Assembly (NCBI GenBank): GCA_034437495.1
Contig: DAOTUF010000260.1
Location: forward strand, 1 to 32,465
Direction of reading: 5' to 3'
Source of the DNA: Chloroflexaceae bacterium
GTDB taxonomy: Bacteria; Chloroflexota; Chloroflexia; Chloroflexales; Chloroflexaceae
Length of the DNA: 32,465 bases
The notes beneath the pieces are model-generated. The model was not told the DNA's origin, did no database searches, and saw only the letters and a list, made by a program, of their open reading frames with translations. This document shows, piece by piece, positions 7,900 to 17,545 of the stretch. Every line of letters begins with the position of its first letter. Positions within the stretch are counted from its first letter, which is position 1. The translations under genes were made by a program, and so were the position numbers.

Positions 7900-8616
7900 A
7901 TGGAAATTATCCCGGCCATTGATCTGAAAGATAGTCTGTGCGTACGTCTCTACCAGGGCGACTTTGACCGGACAACGGTCTATGACGAAGACCCCGTTGC
8001 CGTAGCGCAGCGGTGGGTCGTGCAGGGAGCCACCCGGCTCCACATTGTGGACCTTGATGGAGCCAAAGCCGGCCACCCCGTCAATACGGATATCGTGCGG
8101 GACATTGTGCAGGCCGTCGATATCCCCGTGCAACTCGGCGGGGGGATGCGCTGCGAAGAAGACATTGCCGCCGTCCTGGAGATGGGCGTGTCGCGGGTCA
8201 TTCTCGGAACGGCGGCGGTCAATGAACCGGCGCTCGTCGAACGTATGGTGCAGCGGTTTGGCAGCAGTATCATCATCGGTGTCGATGCGCGGGACGGCTA
8301 TGTGGCCATTGATGGGTGGACCGAGGCGACCTTCCTGCGAGCCACCGACCTGATTGACCAGATGGCGGATATCGGCGTCCAGCGCATCATCTACACGGAC
8401 ATCTCCCGTGATGGGACGCTCACGGAGCCAAACTATGCCGCAACGTCGGCGCTCATCTCCCCCGGCGGCCCGGCTATCATCGCCAGTGGCGGCATCTCGC
8501 ACCACGACCACCTGCTCCAGTTGGCCCGGCTCGGCGTCGAAGGGGCCATTGTGGGTCGCGCTCTATATACCGAGGCGATTGACCTTGCGACCGCCATTGA
8601 TGCGCTGCGGATGTAG
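7900..8616 (+). CDS. hisA: Phosphoribosylformimino-5-aminoimidazole carboxamide ribotide isomerase
   Basis: [22 protein letters not shown]...HIVDLDGA...GGGMR...[10 protein letters not shown]...ASGGIS. The track ORF 7291-8616 is an in-frame upstream extension overlapping hisH, and ATG 7900 gives a normal 238-aa HisA. Confidence 0.93.
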   Translation: MEIIPAIDLKDSLCVRLYQGDFDRTTVYDEDPVAVAQRWVVQGATRLHIVDLDGAKAGHPVNTDIVRDIVQAVDIPVQLGGGMRCEEDIAAVLEMGVSRVILGTAAVNEPALVERMVQRFGSSIIIGVDARDGYVAIDGWTEATFLRATDLIDQMADIGVQRIIYTDISRDGTLTEPNYAATSALISPGGPAIIASGGISHHDHLLQLARLGVEGAIVGRALYTEAIDLATAIDALRM

Positions 8617-8663
8617 CGGGGCGGGGCGGGCAACGACAGGGAAGGAAAGAAGGGAAAGAGAGC

Positions 8664-9791
8664 ATGTCTCCATCATCAAACCTGACCGAGAAGTTTGAAG
8701 AAGAACGCCAGCGCACCCACGAACAGTCGCAGATTGTCTACCTGCAAGGGCAGATTGACGAACTGCGACGGCTCATCAAAGACCAGACCAGCAAGTATCA
8801 GTGGGCCATAGAGCAGTCCCGCAAGACGGATGCCGCAGTCGGGCAGGTGCAAAGCTCCTTCGAGCGCCACACCGAAGAGATGACCCAGGTCGTGGACCGG
8901 TCGCGGCGCGATGTGCTGGAACTGCGCAAGGAGGTGGCCGCGGCCCTCGTCAAAATCCAGGAGAGCTTCGAACCCATTCGGCAGATGCAAACGCAGATCC
9001 AGCAAATCGCGGAGATGCGCAAGCAAGACCGCGACCAGTCCTTTTCCTGGGTCTCGCGGGTGGAAGATATCGAAGAACGTTTGCTCTCGTTGCAGGCGCA
9101 GGTGAAAGAGACCGAAGAACGCCACCGCCAGCTGGCCAGCCACTTCGACCGCCTCTATGAAGCGGACGACGTGGCGCTTCAGGAGATTCGCCGCGTCCGA
9201 GATGATATGCAGATAGAGAAGCAAAGTTTGCGGCGGCAGGCCATCGAAGCTCAGCAGCTTGCCACCGACCTGACCGGGGTGCTGGAAGAGCAGGACGCCC
9301 GTATCTCGCGCATTGACGAGATTCGCCAGCATATCGAACTGTTTGCCGAGACGCTGCCCGAACAGATAGCCGATGTTGGCAAGCGCTTCCCGGACATTGA
9401 GGCGGAAATCAAGCGGGTGGAGCGCATTTCGACCGAGCGCTTTCTGATGAACCAGGAGCGGTTGGAAGAGATGCGCCGCCACGCGGATGAGCGCCTCGTG
9501 ACCTTGCAGGAGACCGAGGAGCAAAACACCCACCAGCACACCGCCTGGATGGGGCGCATCGACAGCGTGCTCCACGAACTGGAGCAGCAGTTGGTCCGGG
9601 GCGTCAGCCGCCTGGAAGAGACACAGCGCGAACTGATGACCCTGATTGTAGGAATCGGGGACCGCGAAATCCAGTCAATGATAGCGCTCAACAACGCGGT
9701 GGCGCAGCGGTTGGAGATTGTCAAGGCTGGTCAGGCCGAGATTGACCGCGTTGGTTCACGCGCCGCGAATGGCCAGGAGGGACGGGGGTAG
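8664..9791 (+). CDS. Hypothetical all-coiled-coil protein, 375 aa
   Basis: Continuous heptad-like, E/Q/R-rich sequence without TM segments or known motifs. A GGGAAAGAGAG purine-rich SD region precedes it, 47 nt after hisA. Confidence 0.7.
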   Translation: MSPSSNLTEKFEEERQRTHEQSQIVYLQGQIDELRRLIKDQTSKYQWAIEQSRKTDAAVGQVQSSFERHTEEMTQVVDRSRRDVLELRKEVAAALVKIQESFEPIRQMQTQIQQIAEMRKQDRDQSFSWVSRVEDIEERLLSLQAQVKETEERHRQLASHFDRLYEADDVALQEIRRVRDDMQIEKQSLRRQAIEAQQLATDLTGVLEEQDARISRIDEIRQHIELFAETLPEQIADVGKRFPDIEAEIKRVERISTERFLMNQERLEEMRRHADERLVTLQETEEQNTHQHTAWMGRIDSVLHELEQQLVRGVSRLEETQRELMTLIVGIGDREIQSMIALNNAVAQRLEIVKAGQAEIDRVGSRAANGQEGRG

Positions 9792-9856
9792 CCTGCCCGG
9801 TCGCCAAGGACAAGCCCTTTCTCCCTTTCTGGTAGACCCAGGCATGACATCAACGT

Positions 9857-9894
9857 GCCCCCCGCAGTTCGGGATGACCGGGTCTGCGGGGGGC
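9857..9894. terminator. Bidirectional terminator-like hairpin between convergent genes
   Basis: GCCCCCCGCAG (9857-9867) pairs with CTGCGGGGGGC (9884-9894), an 11-bp GC stem with a 16-nt loop. The U tract is weak (TTCCGT). Confidence 0.45.
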
Positions 9895-9952
9895 TTCCGT
9901 ATCTCTCCGAAACCGTGTTGTTTGCTTCTCGGCTGCCTGCTGCTCCGTGCGC

Positions 9953-10627
9953 CTACGCCTGCGCTGCGGCGATACTCTCGCGGAGGCGGGCAATGTTTTC
10001 GGCAACGCTGGCCTTCTTGTTGAATACCCCCGAACCAGAGACCAGGCACGTCGCCCCGGCCCGCACAACTTCGGTGGCGTTCTCCGCCTTGACCCCGCCA
10101 TCAACCTGCAATTCTGCCGATGAACCGATACGGTCCAGCATCACCCGAAGCTGACGGATTTTCTCCGTGCTGGTCGGGATGTAGGACTGGCCCCCGAAGC
10201 CGGGGTTCACCGACATAATGAGCACCAGGTCCACATAGGGCAGAATATCCTCAATCAGAACGAGCGGCGTGGCCGGGTTGAGCGTCACCCCGGGCTTGAC
10301 GCCCAGTTCCCTGATGCTCTGAATCGTCCGATGGAGGTGGGGGCAGGTTTCGACCTGCACCGTGAGGTAGTTGGCTCCCGCCCGTGCAAAATCTTCCAGG
10401 TAGCGCTCGGGCTTCTCAATCATCAGGTGGACATCCAGGGGCAGCGAAGTGTGGGGCTGAATGGCCGCCACCACGAGCGGTCCGATAGTAATATTGGGCA
10501 CAAAGTGTCCGTCCATCACGTCAACGTGCAACCAGTCGGCTCCCCCTTCGGCAGCTTCACGGACCTGTTCCCCCAGGCGGGCAAAGTCTGCTGACAGGAT
10601 GGAAGGGGCGATTTTTACGGTGGTCAT
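9953..10627 (-). CDS. rpe: Ribulose-phosphate 3-epimerase
   Basis: IAPSILSADFARLGE, HVDVMDGHFVPNITIG, MSVNPGFGGQ, VDGG. Confidence 0.95.
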   Translation of the reverse strand: MTTVKIAPSILSADFARLGEQVREAAEGGADWLHVDVMDGHFVPNITIGPLVVAAIQPHTSLPLDVHLMIEKPERYLEDFARAGANYLTVQVETCPHLHRTIQSIRELGVKPGVTLNPATPLVLIEDILPYVDLVLIMSVNPGFGGQSYIPTSTEKIRQLRVMLDRIGSSAELQVDGGVKAENATEVVRAGATCLVSGSGVFNKKASVAENIARLRESIAAAQA

Positions 10628-10721
10628 AGGTGGTTATCCTCCAGGGGAGCGCAGCGGGGGAACCTGACATCAGGTCCCCCGCATCGTCTCCCAATGAACT
10701 CCAGAACGTCTCTCACGGCTC

Positions 10722-12758
10722 TCAGGTAATCGTCCTATCCAGCATACGCTCGGCAATGGAAACAATATTCTGCGCGGTAAAGCCGTACTGCTTGTAAATC
10801 TCTTCGTAGGGGGCCGACGCGCCGAAGGTGCTGATACCCAGAACGTGGCGCTTGTTCTTCGGCCCGATGAAGTGGCGACCCCACCCGGTCGGGTAGGAGG
10901 CTTCAATGGCCATACGGGTCTCGACGTGGGGCGGGAGCACCTGGTCGTGGTAGGACTGGCTCTGGCGGTTGAACAGTTCCCAACAGAGCATACTGACGAC
11001 CCGAACTTCCACCCCGCGGTTTTCCAGGATTTTCGCGGCTTCCAGCGTGATAGCCACTTCCGAACCGGTGGACATCAGGATGATTTCCGGTTCGGGGGAG
11101 GTATAGAGCACGTAGCCCCCCCGCGCCGCGTGCGACGCCGGAGCCAACTTGCCATGCTTGCCGAACGGTTGGGTCCGGTCCAGCACGGGCACCCGCTGAC
11201 GCGACAGGACAATGGCCGTGGGGCCGTCCTTGCGCTTCAAGGCCATCTCCCAGGCAATGCGCGTTTCGTTGGCGTCGGCAGGGCGGATGGTGCAGAGGTT
11301 CGGCGTGATGCGGAAAACGTGGATGTGCTCAATGGGTTGGTGGGTCGGGCCGTCCTCGCCCAGACCGATACTGTCGTGGGTGAAGACAAAAACCACCTGA
11401 AGCCCCATCAGCGCCGCCATCCGGATGGCCGGGCGCATATAGTCGCTGAAGACCAGGAACGTCCCGCCGTAAGGGATGATCCCGCCGTGCAGCGCCATCC
11501 CATTCATCATACTGCCCATGCCGTGCTCGCGCACCCCGAAGAAGATATTGCGTCCCTCGAAGTTGTCGCCGCTGATGGGGTCGGCTCCCTTCACCATCGT
11601 GTTGTTCGACCCGGCCAGGTCCGCGGAGCCGCCAAGCAGCGAGGGCACGAGCGGAGCCAGCGTGTTGATCATCTGGCCCGAGGCCGAACGGGTTGCTACC
11701 CCTTTTTCATCTGGCTCAAAGGTGGGCAAAATCGTATCCAGGTTGTCGGGGATCTCTTTGGACCACATGCGGTCCCAGAGCGCTGCCAGGTCGGGGTGGG
11801 TTTCGCGGTAGCGCTTCATCACCTCTTCCCACAACCCCTGCTGTCGTGCGCCCTCCTCAATGGCGCGGTGCATGTGGGTGTAGACCTCCTCCGGGACATG
11901 GAAGGCTGGCTCTTCGGGCCACCCCAGGTTTTGCTTGGTGAGTTTGATTTCCTCTTCCCCGAGCGGCTCCCCGTGGGCCTTCGCGCTGTCCTGCTTGTTG
12001 GGGCTGCCGTAGCCAATGTGCGAATGGCAGATAATCATACTCGGGCGGGTCTTTTCGTCCCGGGCCGTGGTGATGGCCTGCCGAATATCAGCGGGGGCAT
12101 AGGCATCCACCGTCTGTACCTGCCAGCCATAGGCTTCAAACCGTCTGGTCGTATCTTCCGTAAAGGACAGGTCGGTCGGGCCATCAATCGAGATACGGTT
12201 GCTGTCATAGAGCACGATGAGCTTGCCCAACTTGAGGTGCCCGGCCAGGCTGCATGCCTCGTGCGAGACCCCCTCCATCAGGTCGCCATCCCCACAGATG
12301 GCATAGGTGAAGTGGTTCACCACCTCGTACCCCGGTCGGTTGAACTTCGTGGCGAGATAGCGCTCCGCAAAGGCCATCCCGACCGCATTGGCAATCCCCT
12401 GCCCGAGCGGGCCGGTGGTCGTCTCCACGCCGGGCGTCATGTCGTGTTCGGGGTGCCCGGCGGTGCGGCTCCCCCACTGGCGAAACTGCTTGATTTCGTC
12501 CAGCGTGATACCATAGCCCGTCAGGTGCAGCAACCCGTAGAGCAGCATCGAGCCATGACCGGCCGACAAGACGAACCGGTCGCGGTCGGGCCATTTGGGG
12601 TCATGCGGGTTATGTTTGAGAAAATCATTCCACAGCGTGTACGCAACGTCGGCCATACCCATGGGCATGCCCGGGTGTCCACTTTTGGCTTTTTGTACGG
12701 CGTCCATTGCCAGAACGCGCAGCGCATTGGCACAGAGTTGACCAATATCCTGGTTCAT
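10722..12758 (-). CDS. tkt: Transketolase
   Basis: [58 protein letters not shown] 12758 gives a 678-aa protein with an E. coli-like N-terminal length; the track start at 13025 is an extension into the leader. Confidence 0.93.
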   Translation of the reverse strand: MNQDIGQLCANALRVLAMDAVQKAKSGHPGMPMGMADVAYTLWNDFLKHNPHDPKWPDRDRFVLSAGHGSMLLYGLLHLTGYGITLDEIKQFRQWGSRTAGHPEHDMTPGVETTTGPLGQGIANAVGMAFAERYLATKFNRPGYEVVNHFTYAICGDGDLMEGVSHEACSLAGHLKLGKLIVLYDSNRISIDGPTDLSFTEDTTRRFEAYGWQVQTVDAYAPADIRQAITTARDEKTRPSMIICHSHIGYGSPNKQDSAKAHGEPLGEEEIKLTKQNLGWPEEPAFHVPEEVYTHMHRAIEEGARQQGLWEEVMKRYRETHPDLAALWDRMWSKEIPDNLDTILPTFEPDEKGVATRSASGQMINTLAPLVPSLLGGSADLAGSNNTMVKGADPISGDNFEGRNIFFGVREHGMGSMMNGMALHGGIIPYGGTFLVFSDYMRPAIRMAALMGLQVVFVFTHDSIGLGEDGPTHQPIEHIHVFRITPNLCTIRPADANETRIAWEMALKRKDGPTAIVLSRQRVPVLDRTQPFGKHGKLAPASHAARGGYVLYTSPEPEIILMSTGSEVAITLEAAKILENRGVEVRVVSMLCWELFNRQSQSYHDQVLPPHVETRMAIEASYPTGWGRHFIGPKNKRHVLGISTFGASAPYEEIYKQYGFTAQNIVSIAERMLDRTIT

Positions 12759-12996
12759 AGAAATAGCGGCGCAGAAAACCCACCGGCCTGGTGCTGGTGA
12801 AAGAAGCGCCACTCCTCCTTTCTGCTTTCCAAATGAGAATGAGCTACCGGTATGGCAGGCATTGATTCGGGCCAGCGGGGGCCTGCCTCTCCCCATCCCC
12901 CCCCGGCGGAGATTCCAGTTTCCTCTTTCTCGCCCGGGTCGCCAGGCGATGCAGCCTTTCTGTTCTCCCTCTGGCGGGGGAGTGCGTGACCAGGCT

Positions 12997-13025
12997 ATGA
13001 TAGCAGAAAAGGAGCCTGGGGACAA
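12997..13025 (-). promoter_or_regulatory. Sigma-70-like promoter for tkt-rpe
   Basis: On the minus strand: TTGTCC (13025-13020), 17-nt spacer ending in TGC, TATCAT (13002-12997). This implies a 5' leader of about 230 nt. Confidence 0.5.
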
Positions 13026-13120
13026 GTTCTTTTTTTCACAAACCCGGCCTGTCCCACTATTCTAGGTTGGGGCACAATCATCAGCCAGGCGCGGCAACCG
13101 TAGAAGCCGGTCGCGGGACT

Positions 13121-14443
13121 TCACTTTGCCGGTTCGATAGAGGTTTCCCCGGTCGCATCCAGCATTTCGGGCGGCGGGGTCCACCTGCGCAGCTTGTCGT
13201 AGTCGGGCGGCACCCGTCCATCGAAGAATTTGCAGGCATAGGAATAGCGCCAGTCCTGCCACCACAGTTTCGCATAGATCTTGTCGGCCTTGAACCTCCG
13301 GAGCAGGGCGCGGGGGCTGCGGAGCAGCGACGTCAGCGGCCCCGCCATCTCCGAGGGGTCGCGGAAGCACTCCCAATCACACTCCTTGCAAAACGGTTCC
13401 TGGTCGAGCGGCTTGAACTGGGGGTCCCAGAACTTGCCCAGGTTTTCGTGCCCGCGATACCCGCAGGGGTAGGTGTTGGCATCTGCCGAATCGATAAAGA
13501 AAAAGTCGATGCCACCCCGACAGGGGTAGGGGAACGCCTCGTCTCCCGAATACTGGCGGATGAGGGCATAGAGCGAGCTGCGCGGCGTGAAGATGCGCAG
13601 CTTCGACCGGAACTCGGGGATGGTGTCCAGGAGCGCCCGGAACAGGAGCGTCTTTTCGGTGGTGGTGAAGTTCACCACATTGTCTTCCGAGGTGGCAGTG
13701 TAGACGGCCTGAAGGTTCCCCGGCTGGCTGGAGTCGATACTCATCGGGTAGCAGGCGTTGACCGTCGTAAAGCCGAGGTTGAGAACAAACTGGTAGAACC
13801 GCTGGAAGGAGCGGCGAAATGTCTCATAGAAGCGGCGAGACATGGTCAACTCGCCTTCGGGTTCCAGGTGGTAGTGACCGCCGACGTTGCGGTTGATACC
13901 CAGGTTGGCCGAGGGATAGACGCCGTGGCTGTGGAAAATCGGCAGGGCCTTCTCTATCCCCGCGATAACCCCGGGCAGCCCCCGCATCTCCTCATGCACC
14001 GCAGGCACCGCCGAGTCAATGCTGATCCAGAAGTTGTACAACCTGGTTTGGGCGAGCGTTTCGGCCAGCCTGGTCATCGCGGCTTCGAACCCCTCGCGGG
14101 CGGAGTTGCGGAACAGGAACCCGTTGGTACCGGTTCGGATGAAGGGGATGCCGGCCTGCTGCGCGTGGGTAATCAGGGGGACCAGTTCATCCAGAAAGAG
14201 CAGCGGTTCCCCGCCGGTGAAGGAGAGCGCCCGCACTCCTCGCGCTGCTGCCGCGTCAATAATCCGCTTGATGTCGTCCGGGTTGAGTTTCGAGCGCTCG
14301 ATTTTTGACGAAACGCGCATCCCGCACTGCGGGCAGTGGGCATTGCATTTGTTGTGGATCTGGATGATGAGTTGTTCGGGAATATGTCCCTGCACAAAAC
14401 GACGGATAGTTGCAAGAGATAATACAGAACGAAGCTGGCTCAT
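13121..14443 (-). CDS. Radical SAM protein with a Cys-rich C-terminal (SPASM/twitch-like) region, function unknown
   Basis: IQIHNKCNAHCPQCG (CxxxCxxC), SFTGGEPLL, RTGTNGF. C-terminal cysteines occur in YPCRGGIDFFFIDSADANTYPCGYRG and FCKECDWECFRDPS. A GGAGG SD sits in the 23-nt gap after gcvPB. Confidence 0.85.
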   Translation of the reverse strand: MSQLRSVLSLATIRRFVQGHIPEQLIIQIHNKCNAHCPQCGMRVSSKIERSKLNPDDIKRIIDAAAARGVRALSFTGGEPLLFLDELVPLITHAQQAGIPFIRTGTNGFLFRNSAREGFEAAMTRLAETLAQTRLYNFWISIDSAVPAVHEEMRGLPGVIAGIEKALPIFHSHGVYPSANLGINRNVGGHYHLEPEGELTMSRRFYETFRRSFQRFYQFVLNLGFTTVNACYPMSIDSSQPGNLQAVYTATSEDNVVNFTTTEKTLLFRALLDTIPEFRSKLRIFTPRSSLYALIRQYSGDEAFPYPCRGGIDFFFIDSADANTYPCGYRGHENLGKFWDPQFKPLDQEPFCKECDWECFRDPSEMAGPLTSLLRSPRALLRRFKADKIYAKLWWQDWRYSYACKFFDGRVPPDYDKLRRWTPPPEMLDATGETSIEPAK

Positions 14444-14466
14444 GCCATCAATACCTCCAGGCTAGC

Positions 14467-15954
14467 TTACAAACACCCTTGCTGGTAACACAGGACTGGC
14501 TGACGAGCCGCGCCCACCTCATCGAGCCGACGCACCGGGGCGGTGGTGGGAGCCGCGTGCAGCAGGTCGGGGTTTTCGCGGGCTTCGCGGGCAATTGCCC
14601 GCATCGCCTCCACAAAACGGTCCAGGCTCTGGCGGGACTCCGTTTCGGTCGGTTCAATCATCAACGCCTCCGGGACAATCAAGGGAAAGTAGACCGTGGG
14701 CGGATGGAAGTGGTAGTCAATCAGGCGCTTGGCGATGTCGAGCGTGCGCACCTCGGGCGCATCGGCAAGCTGTCCCTTGAGCACCACCTCGTGCATACAG
14801 ACCCGGTCTACGGCAGGCGGGTAGATAGCTTCCAGGTGGGAGCGGAGGTAGTTAGCATTGAGTACGGAGACTTGCGCCACCTCGCGCAGACCTGTGGCCC
14901 CGAGCAGACGAATGTAGGTCCAGGCCCGCACCAGCATCCCCACGTTGCCGTGGAAGGTCTTGACCCGTCCGATGCTCTTTGGCGGCATACCAAGCTCATA
15001 CCGCGTTTCTGGCCTGGCCATGGGTTGGTCGGGCACCGTCTGCTCGATGCGGCAGACCTGTGGGCCGGGGAGGTAGGGAGCCAGCGCCTTCGTACACCCG
15101 ACGGCTCCGCTGCCGGGGCCGCCTCCCCCGTGGGGGGTGGAGAAGGTCTTGTGCAGGTTGTAGTGCATAAAGTCGAAGCCCAGGTGAGCGGGCTTCACAA
15201 TGCCCAGAATTGCGTTGAAGTTGGCTCCATCGCAGTACATCAGCCCGCCTGCCTCGTGGACGAGCCGCGAGACCTCCTCCACCTCTTCTTCAAACAGGCC
15301 GAGCGTGTTCGGGTTGGTCAGCATCATTCCTGCGGTGCGGGGTGAAAGATGTCGTTTGAGGTCTTCCAGGTCCACGTTGCCGCGAGCATCGCTCTTCACC
15401 TCAATCACCGTGAAGCCGGTCATGGCGGCGGTGGCGGGGTTGGTCCCGTGGGCGGCGTCGGGCACCAGTATCTCTGTTCGTTCCGTATCGCCCCGGTCCA
15501 GGTGGTAGGCGCGGAACACCAGCGCCCCCGTCAGTTCGCCCTGCGCTCCTGCCGCTGGTTGCAGCGACACCGCGTCGAAGCCGCTCAATTCTGCCAGGGC
15601 ATATTGCAGTTCTGCCATCAGGCGCAAGACTCCCTGGGAGAGCGCCGCATCCTGGAGGGGGTGAACGGCAGCGAAGGAGGGGAGGCGGGCGACCTCTTCG
15701 TTGAGCTTGGGATTGTACTTCATCGTGCAGGAGCCAAGCGGGTACATCCCCGTATCAATGCAGAAATTGCGCTGGCTTATGCGCGTGAAGTGGCGGACAA
15801 CCTCCGGCTCGCTCAGTTCTGGCATCTCAGCCAGGTCATCCTGCCGCAGCAGGCTGGCGGGGAGGTCCGAGGGTGGCACATCGACCTCTGGCAATGACAC
15901 TCCGCACTTGCCAGGTGAAGACAGGTCAAAAATGGGTGGTTCAAAGGTATCCAT
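14467..15954 (-). CDS. gcvPB: Glycine dehydrogenase (decarboxylating) subunit 2
   Basis: YPLGSCTMKYNPK, LQPAAGAQGE and NLHKTFSTPHGGGGPG (PLP-Lys region). Confidence 0.95.
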   Translation of the reverse strand: MDTFEPPIFDLSSPGKCGVSLPEVDVPPSDLPASLLRQDDLAEMPELSEPEVVRHFTRISQRNFCIDTGMYPLGSCTMKYNPKLNEEVARLPSFAAVHPLQDAALSQGVLRLMAELQYALAELSGFDAVSLQPAAGAQGELTGALVFRAYHLDRGDTERTEILVPDAAHGTNPATAAMTGFTVIEVKSDARGNVDLEDLKRHLSPRTAGMMLTNPNTLGLFEEEVEEVSRLVHEAGGLMYCDGANFNAILGIVKPAHLGFDFMHYNLHKTFSTPHGGGGPGSGAVGCTKALAPYLPGPQVCRIEQTVPDQPMARPETRYELGMPPKSIGRVKTFHGNVGMLVRAWTYIRLLGATGLREVAQVSVLNANYLRSHLEAIYPPAVDRVCMHEVVLKGQLADAPEVRTLDIAKRLIDYHFHPPTVYFPLIVPEALMIEPTETESRQSLDRFVEAMRAIAREARENPDLLHAAPTTAPVRRLDEVGAARQPVLCYQQGCL

Positions 15955-16022
15955 CCGGGTTATCTCTTTCTCTTTCTTTGCTGGTTCATACCCCGTCGGC
16001 GTGTATCGTGACCGTGCTCGGG

Positions 16023-17363
16023 CTACCCCACTTTGCGGAGCGCGTCCACGAGCGCGTCAATATCTTCTTTGCTGTTCATCTCGGTCACGCAGAGCAGCAA
16101 GGCATGTTCCAGGTGCGGCTCATCCTGCGAAAGGTCATAGCCGCCGATAATGCCAAGTTCGTGCAGAAAGGTGTTGATACGGGCAGCCGGGCGCGGACAC
16201 TGCACCACAAATTCTTTGAAGAAGGGCAAATCGTCGCGCACCTGGTAGCCAGGAAGCTGGCGAATCTGGTCGGCGGCGTAGTGGGCCCGGTGGTAGCACA
16301 GTTCGGCCACGCGCCGCAACCCCTGACGCCCCATCAGGCTGAGGTAGACCGTCGAGGCCAGCGCCATCAACCCCTGGTTGGTGCAAATGTTGCTGGTGGC
16401 GCGTTCCCGTCGGATATCCTGCTCCCGCGCCCGCAGGGTGAGCACGTAGGCCGGTTTGCCATCAATATCACGGGTTGCCCCGACAATCCGCCCGGAGAGC
16501 TTGCGCAGGTGGTCCTGTTTGCACGTCAGGATGCCCAGGTAGGGCCCGCCAAAGTTGAGGCCAATGCCCAGGGATTGGCCTTCGGCGGTGGCGATGTCGG
16601 CCCCCACCTCCCCCGGGGTCTGGAACAACCCGAGCGCAATCGGGTCAAAGTGCATGATGAGCAAGGCCCCGGCTTCGTGGACCTTGCGGGCCACCGGGCG
16701 CAGGTCGTGCAGACGCCCCAGAAAGTCCGGCGACTGGACTATGACGGCGGCGGTGGTTTCGTCCACCTGCTCCAGCGTCTCTTCGAGCGTCGTACCGGCG
16801 TGCTCGTCGCCCACCACCGTGAAGTTCTGACCCTGGAGGTAGGTTCGGAGCACGGCGCGGTAGTGCGGGTGAACCCCGCGGGCCACGAGAATGCGGGAAC
16901 GGGTGCGCTTCACATTCAGCGCCATGATAGCGGCCTCGGCAACGGCGGTGCCCCCGTCGTAGTGCGAGGCGTTGGCAATGTCCATCCCCGTGAGGCGGCA
17001 GATAAGGCTCTGGTATTCGAAGATGGCCTGCAACGTGCCCTGGCTTATCTCTGGTTGGTAGGGCGTGTAGGCCGTATAAAACTCGCTGCGGCGCAGGATT
17101 TGGTCTACCGCAGACGGGACAAAATGGTGGTAGGCTCCGGCTCCCAGAAACAGGCGGTGGGTCTGGGCGGTGGCGTTCATCGCTCCCATATCCTGAATTT
17201 CTCGCATCAATGCGGGTTCTGAGAGAGGGTCAGGCAGGTTGAGCAGGGGAAACCGCAGCGCTTCCGGAACATCGGCAAACAGTTCCTCCACCGACTCGAC
17301 CCCGATGTGCTTGAGCATCTCGGCACGGTCGGTGTCCGTAATCGCAATATAGGGTGATGACAT
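16023..17363 (-). CDS. gcvPA: Glycine dehydrogenase (decarboxylating) subunit 1
   Basis: FLGAGAYHHFVPSAV, YTPYQPEISQGTLQAIFEYQ. 446 aa. Confidence 0.95.
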   Translation of the reverse strand: MSSPYIAITDTDRAEMLKHIGVESVEELFADVPEALRFPLLNLPDPLSEPALMREIQDMGAMNATAQTHRLFLGAGAYHHFVPSAVDQILRRSEFYTAYTPYQPEISQGTLQAIFEYQSLICRLTGMDIANASHYDGGTAVAEAAIMALNVKRTRSRILVARGVHPHYRAVLRTYLQGQNFTVVGDEHAGTTLEETLEQVDETTAAVIVQSPDFLGRLHDLRPVARKVHEAGALLIMHFDPIALGLFQTPGEVGADIATAEGQSLGIGLNFGGPYLGILTCKQDHLRKLSGRIVGATRDIDGKPAYVLTLRAREQDIRRERATSNICTNQGLMALASTVYLSLMGRQGLRRVAELCYHRAHYAADQIRQLPGYQVRDDLPFFKEFVVQCPRPAARINTFLHELGIIGGYDLSQDEPHLEHALLLCVTEMNSKEDIDALVDALRKVG

Positions 17364-17400
17364 GAGTTATCCTCGTGATTTCTGAGAACATCTCCCGCAA

Positions 17401-17429
17401 AGTATACCATGCCCCTTCCCCTCCGGCAA
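17401..17429 (-). promoter_or_regulatory. Sigma-70-like promoter for gcvPA-gcvPB-rSAM
   Basis: On the minus strand: TTGCCG (17429-17424), 17-nt spacer ending in TGG, TATACT (17406-17401). The leader is only about 30 nt. Confidence 0.5.
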
Positions 17430-17469
17430 CAACGACGGTCAGAGCAGCCCGGTCGGGCGGGTGGCCTGG

Positions 17470-17497
17470 TTGCTCCCGCTGCTTCCTGTGGTATACT
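17470..17497 (+). promoter_or_regulatory. Sigma-70-like promoter for the dual-DNA-binding regulator
   Basis: TTGCTC (17470-17475), 16-nt spacer ending in TGG, TATACT (17492-17497). Confidence 0.45.
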
Positions 17498-17545
17498 TCT
17501 CGGGTGGGAACGGTGGTATGGATGCTGAATGGCATGGGAGAACAT

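Noticed and set aside
12850-12900. Possible TPP riboswitch in the tkt leader (AAUGCCUGCC and GGGGAGAGG resemble AAUGCCAGCG and CUGAGA)
   Set aside because: The ACCUGAUCUGGAUAAUGCCAGCG core and the CUGAGA junction are not actually present and the helices do not line up, so the resemblance is superficial. It is kept only as an unexplained structured leader.
17364-17545. Expected a glycine riboswitch upstream of gcvPA
   Set aside because: The promoter TTGCCG-17-TATACT (17429-17401) leaves only a leader of about 30 nt. I found no GGAGAG...CACCGAAGGGGCAA-type aptamer core on the minus strand of the intergenic region.
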